A DNA stretch of 64,000 nt from Pristiophorus japonicus (Eukaryota): the NCBI RefSeq assembly GCF_044704955.1, contig NC_091987.1, positions 40,920,001 through 40,984,000 of the forward strand, given 5' to 3'. A program made the translations under genes and the position numbers. Shown one piece after another: positions 1 through 13,102 of this stretch. Within the stretch, counting starts at the first letter, position 1, and each line of letters starts with the position of its first letter. Below the pieces are notes generated by a model, which ran no database searches, was not told where the DNA came from, and worked only from the letters and a program-made list of their open reading frames with translations.

Positions 1-772
1 TGCAGGACTGGAGAGGGTTACAGGGATAGGGAGGGGTGAGGCCATGCAGGGATTTGAAAACAAGGATGAAAATTTTTAATTGAGGCGTTGCTTAACTGGG
101 AGGCATAACAGGTCAGTGAGCACAGGGATGATGGCGAATGGGACTTAGTGCAAGTTAGGATATGGGCAGTCGAGTTTTGGATAAGCTTAAGTTTATGCAG
201 GATGGAAGATGGGAGGCTGGCCAGGAGAGCATTGGAATAGTCAAGTCTAGGAGGTAACTAAGGCACGGTTAACAGTTTCAGCAACAGATGAGCTGAGGCA
301 GGAGTGGAGTCGGGCGATATTACAGGAGGTGGAAGTAGGCAGTCTTGGTGATGGCACGAAAGTGGTCAGAAGCTCATCTCGGGGTCAAATATGGCACTCA
401 GGTTGCAGATGGTTTGGTTTATCGTCAGACAGTTGCCAGGGTGAGGGATGGATTCGGTGGCTGGGGAATGCAGTTTGTGGCAGGGACCAAGGACAATGGC
501 TTCAGACTTGCCAGTATTCAATTGGAGAAAATTTCTGTTCATCCAGTGCTGGATGTTGGATAAGCAGTCTGACAATTTAGAGAACACGGAGGGGTCAAGC
601 GAAGTGGTGGTGAGATAGAGCTGGGTATCGTCAGCCTACATGTGGAAACTGATGTGTTTTCGGATGATGTCGCCAAGGGGAAGCAAGTAGATCCTTGGGG
701 GAGTCCAGAGGCAATGGTGCTGAAGTGGAAAGAGAAGCCATTGCAGGCGATTCTCTGGTTACGACTAGATAT
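1..772 (-). mobile_element. L2 (LINE2) retrotransposon fragment, RT C-terminal region, runs off the window edge
   Basis: Minus-strand remnants read GLPQGS and LSDCLSNIQHWMNRNFLQLNTGKSEAIV, typical of the L2 RT/post-RT region. Many frameshifts; homologous to 4300-4900 and 15600-15900. Confidence 0.85.
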
Positions 773-873
773 ACTATTATGTGCCAACAGTCAAACTTTT
801 AGTTGAACATCTGAGCTGTGCTTGAATGCCACATCAGCATTCAGGACCAGGAAGATTGTATTTCCCCACTCAC

Positions 874-945
874 CTCAATGATAGATGAATTTAGACCTAT
901 CAGAAACATTACCAACATGAGAGCGTTCCAACTGGGAGACCCCAT
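874..945 (-). CDS. Probable first coding exon of a host gene encoding a signal peptide (MGSPSWNALMLVMFLIGLNSSIIE), phase-0 intron follows; rest of gene lies left of the window
   Basis: Kozak-like CTGCCACATGG at 945, 24 open codons with a hydrophobic core (ALMLVMFLIGL), then a consensus donor GAG|GTGAGT at 874/873. Candidate acceptors upstream: TTTACCATTTCTTCCAG| at 976/975 and TTCTCCATTGTTGTACTCCTTTGCAG| at 1186/1185. The sequence does not resemble any repeat in the window. Confidence 0.55.
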
Positions 946-1864
946 GTGGCAGATTTCCAACAGACTGCCTTTGGACTGGAAGAAATGGTAAATCTTTCAG
1001 CAGTCATTCCCAGAGAAATAGTTTCCCTTTAACAAGTAGCAGCATATGCATTATGTGTTTAACATTGCCACTGTCGGCAAGTCAAGATAACTACACCAGA
1101 AATAGATTTTGGACATCTCTTCTGGTGCAGTTCTCTGCCTGACCATGGGTGCTGAATTTTAACAAATGATGTGACTGACTGCAAACTGCAAAGGAGTACA
1201 ACAATGGAGAAAGACAAGAAATTGAATTTGGGTAACAGCAAGCGAGAATAAAAAGTAAATAAATATGCTCACTTTATTTTAACAGCAGAGTAATGGAAAA
1301 ATGTAATTTATGTGTGCTTTTCTCAACAATCAGCATCTTCATGCTCCAGAAGAAAGTTTATGAATAAATATTATCCTTGGAGAATCACTTCATGAAATGG
1401 GTTTGTTAAGAATATTAATTTCTGATTCTTACTAACAGGGGAATCATCAACTGAGCAACAGCCAAAGATCCTCAGAATCCACGACCTGGAATTTCCTGGA
1501 ACGCACAGACACAGAAATCTACACCTGTTTTTACAGCAATCTTGCCCAGCAACAACGGCCGAAAGATCCTGAGAATTTTTTCAGTTACATGCTGGAACAT
1601 AAAAACTACTGTAAACAATCAGAGCTTGAGGAAAGTGCAGAACATAAGCCATCTTCCTTTTTTAAGTCTCTCTATCTTATTGATGCTATGAAAGTTAGAA
1701 GCCATCAAGTACATAAGGTGAATTTAAAAAACAAAAACATGAATGAAGTCCTGTTATGCTCAAGATTTTTGCATGAATTTCCACCGGTTCAAAATGGGCT
1801 TAATATAGGAAATGACGTTAATGAACGACCCCGAGAAACAGTTCAGTCCCTCCGGGTCCAAATC

Positions 1865-2745
1865 GGGACGGAGCTAAAAGGACACATTCCAAGGTTTCAG
1901 ACAAATGTGCGATGGTAACACACGAGAGAGGTAGAGCTGCATGTGCTCTGTCTGTTGGGGATGTTGCCAAAGGCCATAGATGCAGGTGAAGATGACAACG
2001 GGGTCAAGGATAGATCCTTGGGAGACTCTGGAAGTAATGGTGTGGGGAGGGAAAAGAAGCCATTGCTGGAGATGCTCTGGCAATAATTGGATCGGTAAGA
2101 GTGGACAGTCCCACTGAGCTGGATAACAGAGGAGAGGCATTGAAGGAGGAAGGTCTGGTTGGTCATAACAAAGGCTGCAGAGAGGTTGAGGAGGGTGAAG
2201 AGGGATAATGCACCACAGTCATAGTGGATATAATGTGACTTTGATGGGAGCCATGTTATGGCTTGGACGGAAACCTGATTTGAAATTCAAACAAGCTGTT
2301 GGGAGAAAGAAGGACAGAGATTTAGGAGCAACAACTTGAGAGGAAAGGGGGTTGGAGGCAGTTGTTTGCAAGGACAGATGTTGAAGGTGAGCTTTTAGAG
2401 GTGGGGAGATGGGGTTTTTGGAAGGGAAGGGGAGAATACTGAGGGAGACGGAACCATTTCTAATGTTAGCCAGTATGGGAGCCAGAAACAAAAGTTGGGT
2501 GGTCAGCAGTCGAGTGGGAATGAGTAAGCAGAGCAGGAGGTGAATCTTATCGACAAGGTTAGCTTGAAGAGGGAATGAGGGAAGATAGGAGGGAAACTAG
2601 AGGAAGACACGGGATCAAGGCTAGGGCAAAAGGGCACTTGGATGATGTTTAGCTTGGTGAGCAAGGGAAATGAGGGGGGGGGGGGGAGGGTGGTGGTGAT
2701 GTATAGCAGAGGCAGCTGAACAGAATTGCTCAACCTTAGCAACAA
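1865..2745 (-). mobile_element. Old L2 LINE fragment
   Basis: Decayed minus-strand L2 motifs such as FLAPILANI, SGFRPSHN and RVSQGSILDP. Confidence 0.75.
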
Positions 2746-2988
2746 ATGGCAAAAGGGAAATTAGCATATTGTATATATTCACATTCACATACAGGATAAA
2801 CATTTTTTTCTTGTTTGTGGCTGAACATGGAGAGGGGGTCATATCCTCCCTTAGGATCTTTCTTGTTTGGTCTTCTTCCTAACTAACAGAGTGATTGCTC
2901 CAGTCTATGCAGTGTTAGTGGAGCTCAGTTCAGGCACCAATATTGGAGAGCACAGGTTCAGGCTTCATTGTTATATTTTGTTTTTAAA

Positions 2989-4930
2989 TCAACAACTTAA
3001 AGTGCCTTGAACATAGTGAAATGTCCCAAGGCGCTTCACAGGAGTAGGAGTTAAAAAATTTGACACCAAGCTGCATAATGAGAAATTAGGGCAGGTGACC
3101 AAAAGCTTGGTCAAAGAGGGAGGTTTTAAGGAGCATCTTAAGAACATACATAGGAGCAGGAGTAGGCCATCTGGCCCCTCGAGCATGCTCTGCCATTTAA
3201 TAAGATCATGGCTGATCCGATCATGGACTCAGCTCCACTTCCCTGCCCACTCCCCATAACCCTTTATTCCCTTATTGCTCAAAAATCTGTCCATCTCTGC
3301 CTTAAATATATTCAATTACCCTGTCTCCACAACTCTCTGGGGCAGAGAATTCCATAGATTTACAACCATCTAAGAGAAGAAATTCCTCTTCATCTCAGTT
3401 TTAAATGGGCGGCCCCTTATTCTGAGACTATGTCCCCTAGTTTTAGTTCCCTCTATCAGTGGAAATATCCTCGCTGCAGCCACCTTATCGAGCCCCCTCA
3501 TTATCTTATATGTTTCGATAAGATCACCTCTCATTCTTCTGAATTCCAATGAGTATAGGCCCAACTTACTCAACCGTTCCTCATAAATCAACCCCCTCAT
3601 CCCCGGGATCAACCTTCTCTGAACTGCCTCCAAAGCAACCTTTCATAAATATGGAAACCACAACTGCACGCAGTATTCTAGGTATGGCCTCACCAATACC
3701 CTGTACAGCTGTAACAAGACTTCACTGCTTTTATACTCCATCCCCTTTGCAATAAAGGCCAAGATTCCACTGGCCTTCCTGATTATTTGCTGTACCTACA
3801 TACTAACTTTTTGTGTTTCATACACAAGGACCCCCAGGTCTCTCTGGACTGCAGCACTTTGCAATTTTTCTTTATTTAAATTATAATTTGTTTTTCTATT
3901 GAATGAGGAAAGGGAGGTAGAGAACCGGAGAGGATTAGGAAGGGAGTTCCAGAGCTTGGGGCCGAGGCAACAGAAGTCCCAGCCACCAAGAGTTGAGCGA
4001 TTATAACCAGGGATCCTGAAGAGGACAGAATTCGAGGAGCGCAGACATCTCGGGAGGTTGTGGGGCTAGGGGAGATTACAGAGATAGGGAGTGGTGAAAC
4101 CATGGAAAACAAGTATGAGAATTTTGAAATCGAGGTATTGCTTAACCGGGAGCCAATGTAGGTCAGTGTGCACAGGGGTGATGGGTGAGCGGGACTTGGT
4201 GAGAGTTGGGACATGGGCAGCTGAGTTTTGGATGATCTCTCGTTTACGTAGGGTAGAATGTGGGAGGCCAGCCAGGAGCACGTTGGAATAGTCAACTCCA
4301 GAGATAAGAGAGGTATGGATGAGGGCTTCAGCAGCAGATGAGCTGAAGCAAGGGCGGAGACGGGTGATGTTACGGAGGTGGAAATAGGGGGTCTTAGTTA
4401 TGCTGTGGGTATGTGGTCAAAAGCTCATTTCAGGGTCAAATAGGACACCAAGGTTGCGAACAGTCTGGCTCAGCCTCAGACAGATGGTTTGTGGCAGGGA
4501 CCAAAAACAATGGCTTCGGTCTTCCCAATATTCAATTGGAGAAAATTTCTGCTCATCCAAAATTGGATGTCGGACAAGCAGTCTGACAATTTAAGAGACC
4601 GAAGAGGGATTGAGAGAAGGGGTCATGAGATAGACCAGGTGTCATCAGCGTTCATGTGGAAACTGATGCGGTGTTTTCGGATGATGTCGCCAATGGGCAA
4701 CATGTAGGTGAGAAATATGAGGGGCCAATGATAGATCCTTGGGGGACACCAGAGGTAAAAATGCAGGGGCAGAAAGAAAAGCTGTTACAGGTGATTCTTT
4801 GGCTATGATTAGATAGATAAGAATGGAACCAGGCGAGTGCAGTCCCACCCAGCTAGACGACAGTGGAGAGGCATTGCAGAAGGATAAAGTGGTGAACCGT
4901 GTCAAAGGCTGCAGACAAGTCAAGAAGGAC
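2989..4930 (-). mobile_element. L2 LINE 3' part, interrupted by a CR1 at 3141-3900
   Basis: L2 3' terminus (minus strand TGTGAAGCGCCTTGGGACATTT...GTTGTTG) at 2989-3140. L2 resumes at about 3901 with LLAGLPHSTL...SPITPVHTDLHWLPVKQ and RT motifs up to about 4930. Confidence 0.85.
3141..3900 (-). mobile_element. 5'-truncated CR1 LINE nested in L2
   Basis: ORF2 C-terminus YEERLSKLGLYSLEFRRMRGDLIETYKI, with CR1 3' UTR and tail at about 3141-3230. Confidence 0.9.
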
Positions 4931-5180
4931 GCTAGATATTATCTGTGAAATCAGCATCACTAATCAGGCCTCATGTTATTTATGAACAAGAGTGTGCCAT
5001 TTGTTGCCCAGTACCTAGGCTAAATATAATGAGACCCAGAGGTTAAATGGAAAGCCCCTTGTCACTGTACTTTGATTTAGTAAATATATCATGTGCTGTC
5101 ACATAATCTTCTGAGGAAGGCAGTTGAATATACACTTCTGTGGCTCACATGACATGCTATAAACCAGCCAACTTTACTCA

Positions 5181-5312
5181 ACCATTCTGATGAAGGATTA
5201 TCGAAATAAACGTTAACTCTTTCACTCCACAGATGCTGCCTAACCCACTGAGATTTCCAGCATTTTCAGTTTTAATTTCAGATTCCAGCATCTGCAGTAT
5301 TTTGATTTTGTA
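5181..5312 (+). mobile_element. Penelope-like element terminal-repeat remnant with degenerate hammerhead core
   Basis: TTCTGATGAAGG...AAACGTTAACTCT...CCACAGATGCTGCC...TTTCCAGCATTTTC matches my recollection of the abundant chondrichthyan Penelope terminal repeat. CTGATGA at 5187-5193. Confidence 0.6.
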
Positions 5313-6768
5313 TTACTAAACTGTAAAAAGGTAAATAAATAGTACTCAGTACAAACAGCCTGTAATAATTACAAACTTTACAATTTTTCTCTACAGAACA
5401 AAAACATTTCTCTCGTGTTAGCCCTCAACAAAAATTGATGCTTTAAACATGATTGCTACTTACAGGGCTAAATATTATCATTGAGCAATCTCTGATTATC
5501 TTTATACCCCATCAGCCTGAGACTTATTATTGCAACTTCTTATTGCATATAGCCACAATATAACTCCAGATTAAAGAGAGACAACCCAGCAAAAAAAGTT
5601 TCTCATAACTAAACTGAGTTTTAAAACAAAATTTTGCATACACAGGATTCAGAATCATATCTGCTCCACCCAAATATAGCTGCCAAATAAACATGTACTT
5701 AAACAGCCCCACAGGATATAATTGAATCCTTCCTGAGAAAGTCAATGATCTGTTCCAACCACTGAACAATGTGTAATTTTAGGAAATGAATACTTGCCCA
5801 GACAGCTATCAGGCACACAGAAGGACAGAACAAACTTTGAATGCACATGTAGCCCAACAAAGAAGAATCCAATATGGTCATAAATCCTTATTTTTTGTTG
5901 CACCCTCTATAGTCAAATGCCTGACATTATCACTGCCAAGATTTACACTTCAATGGCTACTTAGTTAGGTAACACAGCAGAGGGCTGCTGGAATCCACGG
6001 TACCATGTCCAGTAAACTCTATCTTTCAAGAGAGGAGAAAATAAAAATGGCATTAAAGCATTTAAAATGAAAATTCAACAAATAGGGACCAAAATTACAA
6101 TTTAAAATTTTCATATTGATGGGAACTAGATCCTAGTGAACCCTGTTTCATTGCTCACTTTTCTCTCAATTACTGTCATTTATTACAATCATTCATCTGG
6201 CACCAGTCTAAGACAGATCACTTGCAATGCAATAATGTATTTTTCTGCTAAGAATTACAGGAAAATTCACTAATATATGTTGTACAACATCATTCTTATT
6301 TAATTAATGCAATGCACACAGATGAATGAATTTACACATGGCAAAAATCACCAATCTTAATTTTGAGATGAAGGACATTTATAGATGACAGCTAACAGTG
6401 GGAGTGGTTATATACAGTTGCAAGAAACATTGGTTGTACAGAGAAATATTAAAAATGACATAGCAAAGAGTGTTACAGATAAAATAACAGATATATGAAA
6501 TTACATTACATCTATATCATGACAAAACAAATGTACTGCAAGAAAGAGTTGCCATAGCTCAAATGACATGGTCTTATTCTACCTAGTTCTTATATTTAAA
6601 GACTTGCACAAAAGTTGGGCAACAGGAGAATGGCTGGTCAACTATCACAGGAAAAGCCTTTAATTCCATGCACGCAAATTGTAGAATTAACTCGGAGGCA
6701 AGCTGTTGAAGTACTGGTCCTCAAAAGGTTTGGTAGGGAAATGGATTATTTTGATTCTATTATATTGA

Positions 6769-8050
6769 TCATAAGAACATAAGAAATAGGAGCAGAAGTC
6801 CATAAGGCCCCTTGAGCCTGCTCCGCCATTCAATATCATGGCTGAAGCTCCACTTCCCGGCCTGCTCCCCATAACCCCTTATTATTTAAATAAATTTAAG
6901 ACAGAAATAGACAGTTTCTTAATGTCCCAGCTTCCACAGTTCTCTGAGGCAGCAAATTCCACAGATTCACAAACCTCATGGAAGAAATTTCTCCTCAGCT
7001 CAGTTTTAAATGGGCAGCCCCTTATTCTAAGATCGTACCCTCTAGTTCTAGTCTCCCCCACCAGTGGAAACATCCTCTCTGCATCCACCTTGTCAAGCCC
7101 CCCTCACAATCTTATACGTTTCGATAAGATCACCTCTCATTCCTCTGAATTCCAATGAGTAGAGGCCCAACCTACTCAACCTTTCCTCATAAGTCAACCC
7201 CCTCAACCCCAGGATCAACCTAGTGAACCTTCTCTGACCTGCCTCCACAGCAAGTATATCCTTTCGTAAATATGGAAACCGCAACTGCACGCAGTATTCC
7301 AGGTGTGGCTCACCCATACCCTGTACAGCTGTAACAAGAATTCACTGCTTATATATTCCATCCCCTTTGCAATAAAGGCCAAGATTCCATTGACCTTCCT
7401 GATCACTTGCTGTACCTGCATACTATCCTTTTGCATTTCATGCACAAGTACCCCCAGGTCCCACTGTACTTCAGCACTTTGCAATCTTTCTCCATTTAAA
7501 TAATAACTTGCTCTTTGATTTTTTTCTGCCCAAGTGCATGACCTCACACTTTCCAACATTATACTCCATCTGCCAAATTTTTGCCCACTCACTTAGCTTG
7601 TTTATGTCCTCTTGCAGATTTTGTGTGTCCTCCTCACACATTGCTTTTCCTCCCATCTTTGTATCATCAGCAAACTTGGTTACGTTACACTCAGTCCCCT
7701 CTTCCAAGTTGTTAATATAGATTGTAAATAGTTGGGGTCCCAGCACTGATCTCTGCGGCACCCCACTTGTTACGGATTGCCAACCAGAGAATGAACCATT
7801 TATCCTGACTCTCTGTTTTCTGCTTGTCAGCCAATCTTCTATCCATGCCAAAATATTATCCCCAACCCCGTGAACTTTTATCTTGTGCAGTAACCTTCTG
7901 TGGCACCTTGTCAAATGCCTTCTGGAAGTCCAAATACACCACATTCACTGGTTCCTCTTTATCCACCCTGTTCGTTACATCCTCAAAAGAATTCCAGCAA
8001 ATGTCAAACATGACTTCTTCATAAATCCATGCTGACTTTGCCCGACCAAA
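6769..8050 (-). mobile_element. 5'-truncated CR1 LINE (RT to 3' tail)
   Basis: ORF 7471-7944 has [19 protein letters not shown] and KFADDTK. The (TTCTTATG)n-type tail reads CATAAGAACATAAGAA on the plus strand at about 6770. Confidence 0.92.
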
Positions 8051-9829
8051 TAATCTTATGAAGATTGCACATTATATTATTGCATCCATAAACACTGCTT
8101 GTGTAAAATTGCTTAATAGTCAATATAATGAAAACATAATATCCACATGTATAAATGCACTAGGGCAATAATATTTAATGTGCTCCCTTCAGAACAAGTT
8201 AAATCAAGTAATCTTCAGGGTGAACCCACTGAGTAGCAATCACCATAGCAACAACCCAGATGCAGCAAATTGCCCACATATTTGACAAGGAAGCACAGAG
8301 CAGTCATGCTGAAGGATTCGCAGAGGCTTGGGTTGCTTAGGAGACAGCAGATGCAGTACATAGGTCTGAACTGCTAAATGCTCTTCCCAAGTTATTGCAC
8401 GATACAGAACTTGGTCTGCATTATTACGGCCACTATTGTGATTGCTATTGGTCTGTTTTCTAATCAATGTCACACTGAAGTGCAGAAAAAAAAAATTAAT
8501 CATGCCCCTTGTACTGACATCAGTTTGGAACAAAGTGCTTATTCAACATGGTCCATGTGTCGTCTTTTGAACAGAGGGCATTATATGTGAAACCCTCCCT
8601 GATGATTTTTTTGCAAGTTTTTTTCCAAATAAATTCATGCTAGGATTGACCACTTATTGGATTTTGAACCCTAAATAATACATAGCAGAAATTGAGACCA
8701 TAGACACGGCAAAACCATCTCAGGATTGTTCCTATTGCTGCTATGGAACATTGAGGATCCAAATTTGCAGAATTGGTTAATCCTGCCTCCAATTTATTTG
8801 GAAATATTTGCAGAAAACCAGAGAAGGTTTCACACATCTGTACACTCAGACAGATCAGTGATGCTCATGGAGAATATAATTGTAAATTTTTAAGATTGTG
8901 CACTCCCAGCTCTCCCACCATGGGGAGCATATTAGAATTATTTTGTATTAAGTAATGGAAAATCTTGGGCTGTATGAGTACATTATAATATTTCTCAATA
9001 TGTGCTCAAAGCAGATGAGGTTCTGTGACAGAAGTGCACACATGGAAAATTTACCCTGCGGTCCCTAGCAGTTACATGTGATGCAGTGATGTCGAAGACC
9101 GTTCTGTGGCATCATGTAACCTTGCAAGTGGCTGCAGGTGCTGCCGTGAAAACCAGTGAGCTCACCAACGGACACTCATGGCAGTGAAATAGATACACCA
9201 GTTAGTCACAGATGCAGATAGTGTGCCTTCTGTATCACAATTTACTTTCCAGTTGGTTCAGCACTCACCATTGCCACTCGCTCAACTACAGAAGTGCTTA
9301 GGAGTAGGGCATAGATACTTAGATAGAAATACATGAATCACAGGGGGTAAACACGTTGAAGTTGTACATCACATGCATTCAAGCACCACTGTCAGGGTTT
9401 TCCACTTGTCAACTGGCCAGCCCATAATTTCACCCCCCCCGCCCCCCCAGTCAGGCAAATCACTGACTAGTAAGCACATATGCCAGCTCAAGTTTGGAAA
9501 GACGTGAAAGCAAGCAGTAAATAAAATTATTTCACTTCTAATATATATTGAAATCAATCAATTTTTTAAAAAAATTTTTTATAAAGTGCCCAGAAAAGGA
9601 AGTATTACTTTTGAAGTGAACTAAACATATCCAGTTCTTAGAACAAAGCAGGTAAAGCATTTAACAGTTCCATTGTTGTAGATATGTAAATAAGGATCCA
9701 TTGCAGAATGCACAAACAGCGAGACCAATAAGACTACCCAGAGCCGGTCTCTCTGCCTGCCTTGGCTCATCTGCTGTGGACTATTATCCTCCTGGCCTTC
9801 CATAGCTTGCTGCTGTTGATGATTTGAAT

Positions 9830-10060
9830 TCCATGGCATACACTACAGCATTTTTACCACCTTCAAATGGAACAAATTGCAATACCTCCACCCCCTGACT
9901 GGTCTAAGTATTTGAAGCATTACTTTAGTAGCCAAAATGTGCTTTCGGTTAGAGCCAGAGTTCACTCGTATGCCTCATTATATCAAGCCTGGGTATGGCA
10001 ATTACGTAAAGGTGTTATCAGTCATAGTTGCACGTTGTAACATTTGTCTCTAAGGAACCT
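9830..10060 (-). mobile_element. PIF/Harbinger (HARBI1-like) transposase C-terminal relic
   Basis: A single minus frame from 10060 reads RFLRDKCYNVQL*LITPLRNCHTQA*YNEAYE*TLALTESTFWLLK*CFKYLDQSGG. This matches the Harbinger pattern WLLGDKGYPL..WLMTPLRNP....YN.AH..TR..IE.T.G.LK.RFRCLD.SGG. Confidence 0.75.
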
Positions 10061-10699
10061 GCTTTCTGGCCTTCCTACTCCTTCAATGTGCTGTCACATT
10101 TGATTGTTTTACTCACTTCTGGCAATGTTGTGATATTTTGAAATGTTGCTCTTCTTTAACAGCATTAACCTCAAATCTGTTCTTCAGTTCATAGTACAAC
10201 TTTCACTATTATTCCCACCAATGCAATTTGCATAAATTCCTCATAATTGGCATATCACAAGACCTTAAAAATCTAATTTTGATGAACAGATTTTAATATG
10301 GGAGTAAGAATCAGAACAGCTAAAAAAATGGAAGAAAAGTCTGTAGCACTTTTGGCCAGTCTTGCTCCAATGCTTACTCATATCCACTTGTTTTCATTAC
10401 AATTAACACACTGAGGAAATAGACCAAAATGGTCTTAATACTGTCACTTATTCCTCAATAGGTGCCATTTGATCTTAAAGAAGGAGCCTCATAATCAAGA
10501 CCGTTTTCCAAAATTACTCTAAGAGTTGCGGTCCATTCTAGCAATCTTTTTATTTGTTTCTCTCATTTCGGTTTCTTTTTACATTTATTTAAATAGCGGC
10601 TGTTGCTAACATCATCAAAGGGGAATGGTTCAGGGCTGTCACAGCCTCATGGCAACAGGAAACTGAATTAGGATACACAGAGCTGAAGCCAACATCCCC

Positions 10700-11315
10700 T
10701 ACTGATATTTTAACCATGTTCACCCAGCATGAACACTATGGGCAAGGAGTTAAAATGGCAGCCGGATGCTATCTCCTGTTAGTTACCAACGCGTTACGCC
10801 CGCCACCATTTTGGGTCTTACGAAAGGCGTCCTCCGCAGGCCAGAGAGTACTTCTTCAATATGCTAATGTCAGACCCCGACATGATTTTATTAATGAATC
10901 GCAGGGCCGGAGTAGACAGCAAAACCTGGTAGCAGGCAGGATCAGGGAAATTTATTTTAAACTGTTTCATTGTGGGCTAAAGAGTAGGAGTGCTCCTTCC
11001 GGTCCCACAAGGAAACCTTGGGCCTCCTCCTGCCCCAGACTGCCCCTCATCTCCTAGACCGCAAAGCCTGCCTTCCCGCAGCTCCATCCCCGACTGACTT
11101 GCCCAGCTGCTAGAGACGGTTATCGCTGGCCCCCGGCGGTGGCCTTCTGCCACCCAAATTCCCACTCCCGCCCACCTCCACATCATCCTGGCCACGTCCA
11201 TAAGTTTAGATGAGGCCTGAGGGGTAAAATGGCACAGGTCTCACGCTGACACCGTCACAGGCATGTTCCTCCTGTCCCGGCCCCTGCCGCACTCCCACCC
11301 CTGGTTAAACTCAGG
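10700..11315. mobile_element. GC/CpG-rich interspersed element, possibly a non-autonomous DNA transposon
   Basis: Abrupt GC/CpG-rich block with weak terminal inverted similarity (TTTTAACCA ... TGGTTAAAC). Composition resembles the MITE-like elements at 53.5 and 58.7 kb. Confidence 0.3.
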
Positions 11316-12941
11316 ACTGGGAAGTATAAATCCCCCAAAATCAATAGATTTTGCCTTTTAAAATCAACAAAAGTTAAAAGAAAAATGGTGTTCACACTGA
11401 TAACATTTTCACTGTTCTAATTTCAAAGGTGTTTTCTTTTTAACCATTACATTTTACTTTGCGTTGAATGAAAATCGTTCAGTAAATAGGTACAAATGAA
11501 TCCAAAACGCGATTCAGGATCAGAGGTGATCTTTATTGTCTTCACTGTTAAATAAATTCAGTGGCAGCTGTTTTTAAATGCTAAAACTCATGTCACGGCA
11601 CAGTCAAAAATCCATTTTTAATACTGAACAATGAGAAAGTGGTTTAAAAAAAAAGCTAAAGATTCCCAAAAGTGCATTTCCATTGTCATCAAGTTATAGA
11701 GAAGCATGTATAAAAACAAGGCGGCAAATTAGAGTAATTAAAGAAAACTTACTATTCTGAACTGAAACCAACTCTCATTACCACAGCAATAACCTCCATC
11801 CTTCAATTAGCTTCTGGACTTCCCTCGCCTGCTACTCCTGTATCCGAACTTGGACATCAGTGCGTTGATGCTCCAAACCGACTCCATACTTCCGAACCAA
11901 CTTTTGCCCTCCACGGGAACTCCAACTTTAACTATGGACTCATTATTATTGTCACCAACCTATTCCCGGTTACGACCAGGAAATATACATCCCTATAATT
12001 GCTACATAATCAGGCCTACGTAACTTGACTTTTTCAGTGTCAATTTGCATGTGCATTTTGGCTGCCGTTTCGATCCGAGCCATTCATTTCCATTTCTACT
12101 TTTCGCCCGCTTTTTCCTTTTCCTCTCTTCTCCCTCCCCGAGCAGTCTCTCCTGTCATCATGCCACCTTTCATCTCCCATCTCTCAGATATTTTGTCCTC
12201 CAAATCCCTACCCCAACTCTTCATTACTCTTTGACCTTCCTACTCTCCTGCCACCATCCCAGGCTTGACTCCCTCTTAAATAAGCCTACAGCTTCGCTCT
12301 GTGCCTCTCTTGGCAGCCTCCGAAGGGCCCACCGTGGTACCCATTGCTGTCTCCTCATGGAGTAGCAACCCCAACTTTCCCATCCTACTTTCTCACCGAC
12401 CTTGCCACCCAGCTTGCCCGCGGGTGACTAACCTTGCTATCTCCTCCCTGTCCAACTCAACCTTCCAAGTGCTGACCTGGTGCATGCACGTAGTGGATCA
12501 GCCATCACCGATCACCGATCCTCTCTGCATCTCCTTGCAGAATGCCCATTCGCTTGCAAACAAGGCACTTGCCATGCTTGAGCTTATCGTGAATTATTGC
12601 ATCGACATCATGGCCCTAGTGGTACTTGGCTGTGGGGTGACAACATCTTACCTTTAAACAAAGCCTTCTCGCCTGGCTGTACCCTCCACCACTTGCCCCG
12701 CCCAGACCGCGTGGTGGCAACGTAGCTCTCATCACCAAATCATACCTTGGTCTGTCCCCCTACTCCTCCAGCAATTTCTCCTCCTTTGAACATCTCACCT
12801 TATTCCACCCCTCATTTAAAATTCGCATTCTCCACCACCCACCCACGTACGATAAAAATGTTATCACAGATATCCTTCACTGCTCTCCTCCCAGCCTCTT
12901 CACTGAGTAATTTCTCATCCTCGGTGATTTCAACCTCCATC

Positions 12942-13070
12942 TCATAAGAACATAAGAAATAGGAGCAGGAGTGGACAAAAGACCCCTCGAGCCTGCTCCG
13001 CCATTTAATATCATGGACGATCCGATCATGGACTCAGGTCCACTTCCCTGCCCTCTCCCCATAACCCCTT
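12942..13070 (-). mobile_element. CR1 3' UTR/tail fragment inserted in L2
   Basis: CATAAGAACATAAGAAATAGGAGCAGGAG...CCTGCTCCGCCATT, same terminus as the CR1 at 6770. Confidence 0.85.
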
Positions 13071-13102
13071 AATTCATCCTGCTCTCTCTCCTCGGAGTTC
13101 AC

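Noticed and set aside
874-945. Assigning a gene symbol such as GIPR to the signal-peptide exon
   Set aside because: Only exon size and phase are suggestive; a 24-aa signal peptide cannot identify the gene.
8260-8600. Possible further transposase relic or exon on the minus strand
   Set aside because: No consistent frame, motif series or convincing splice pair.
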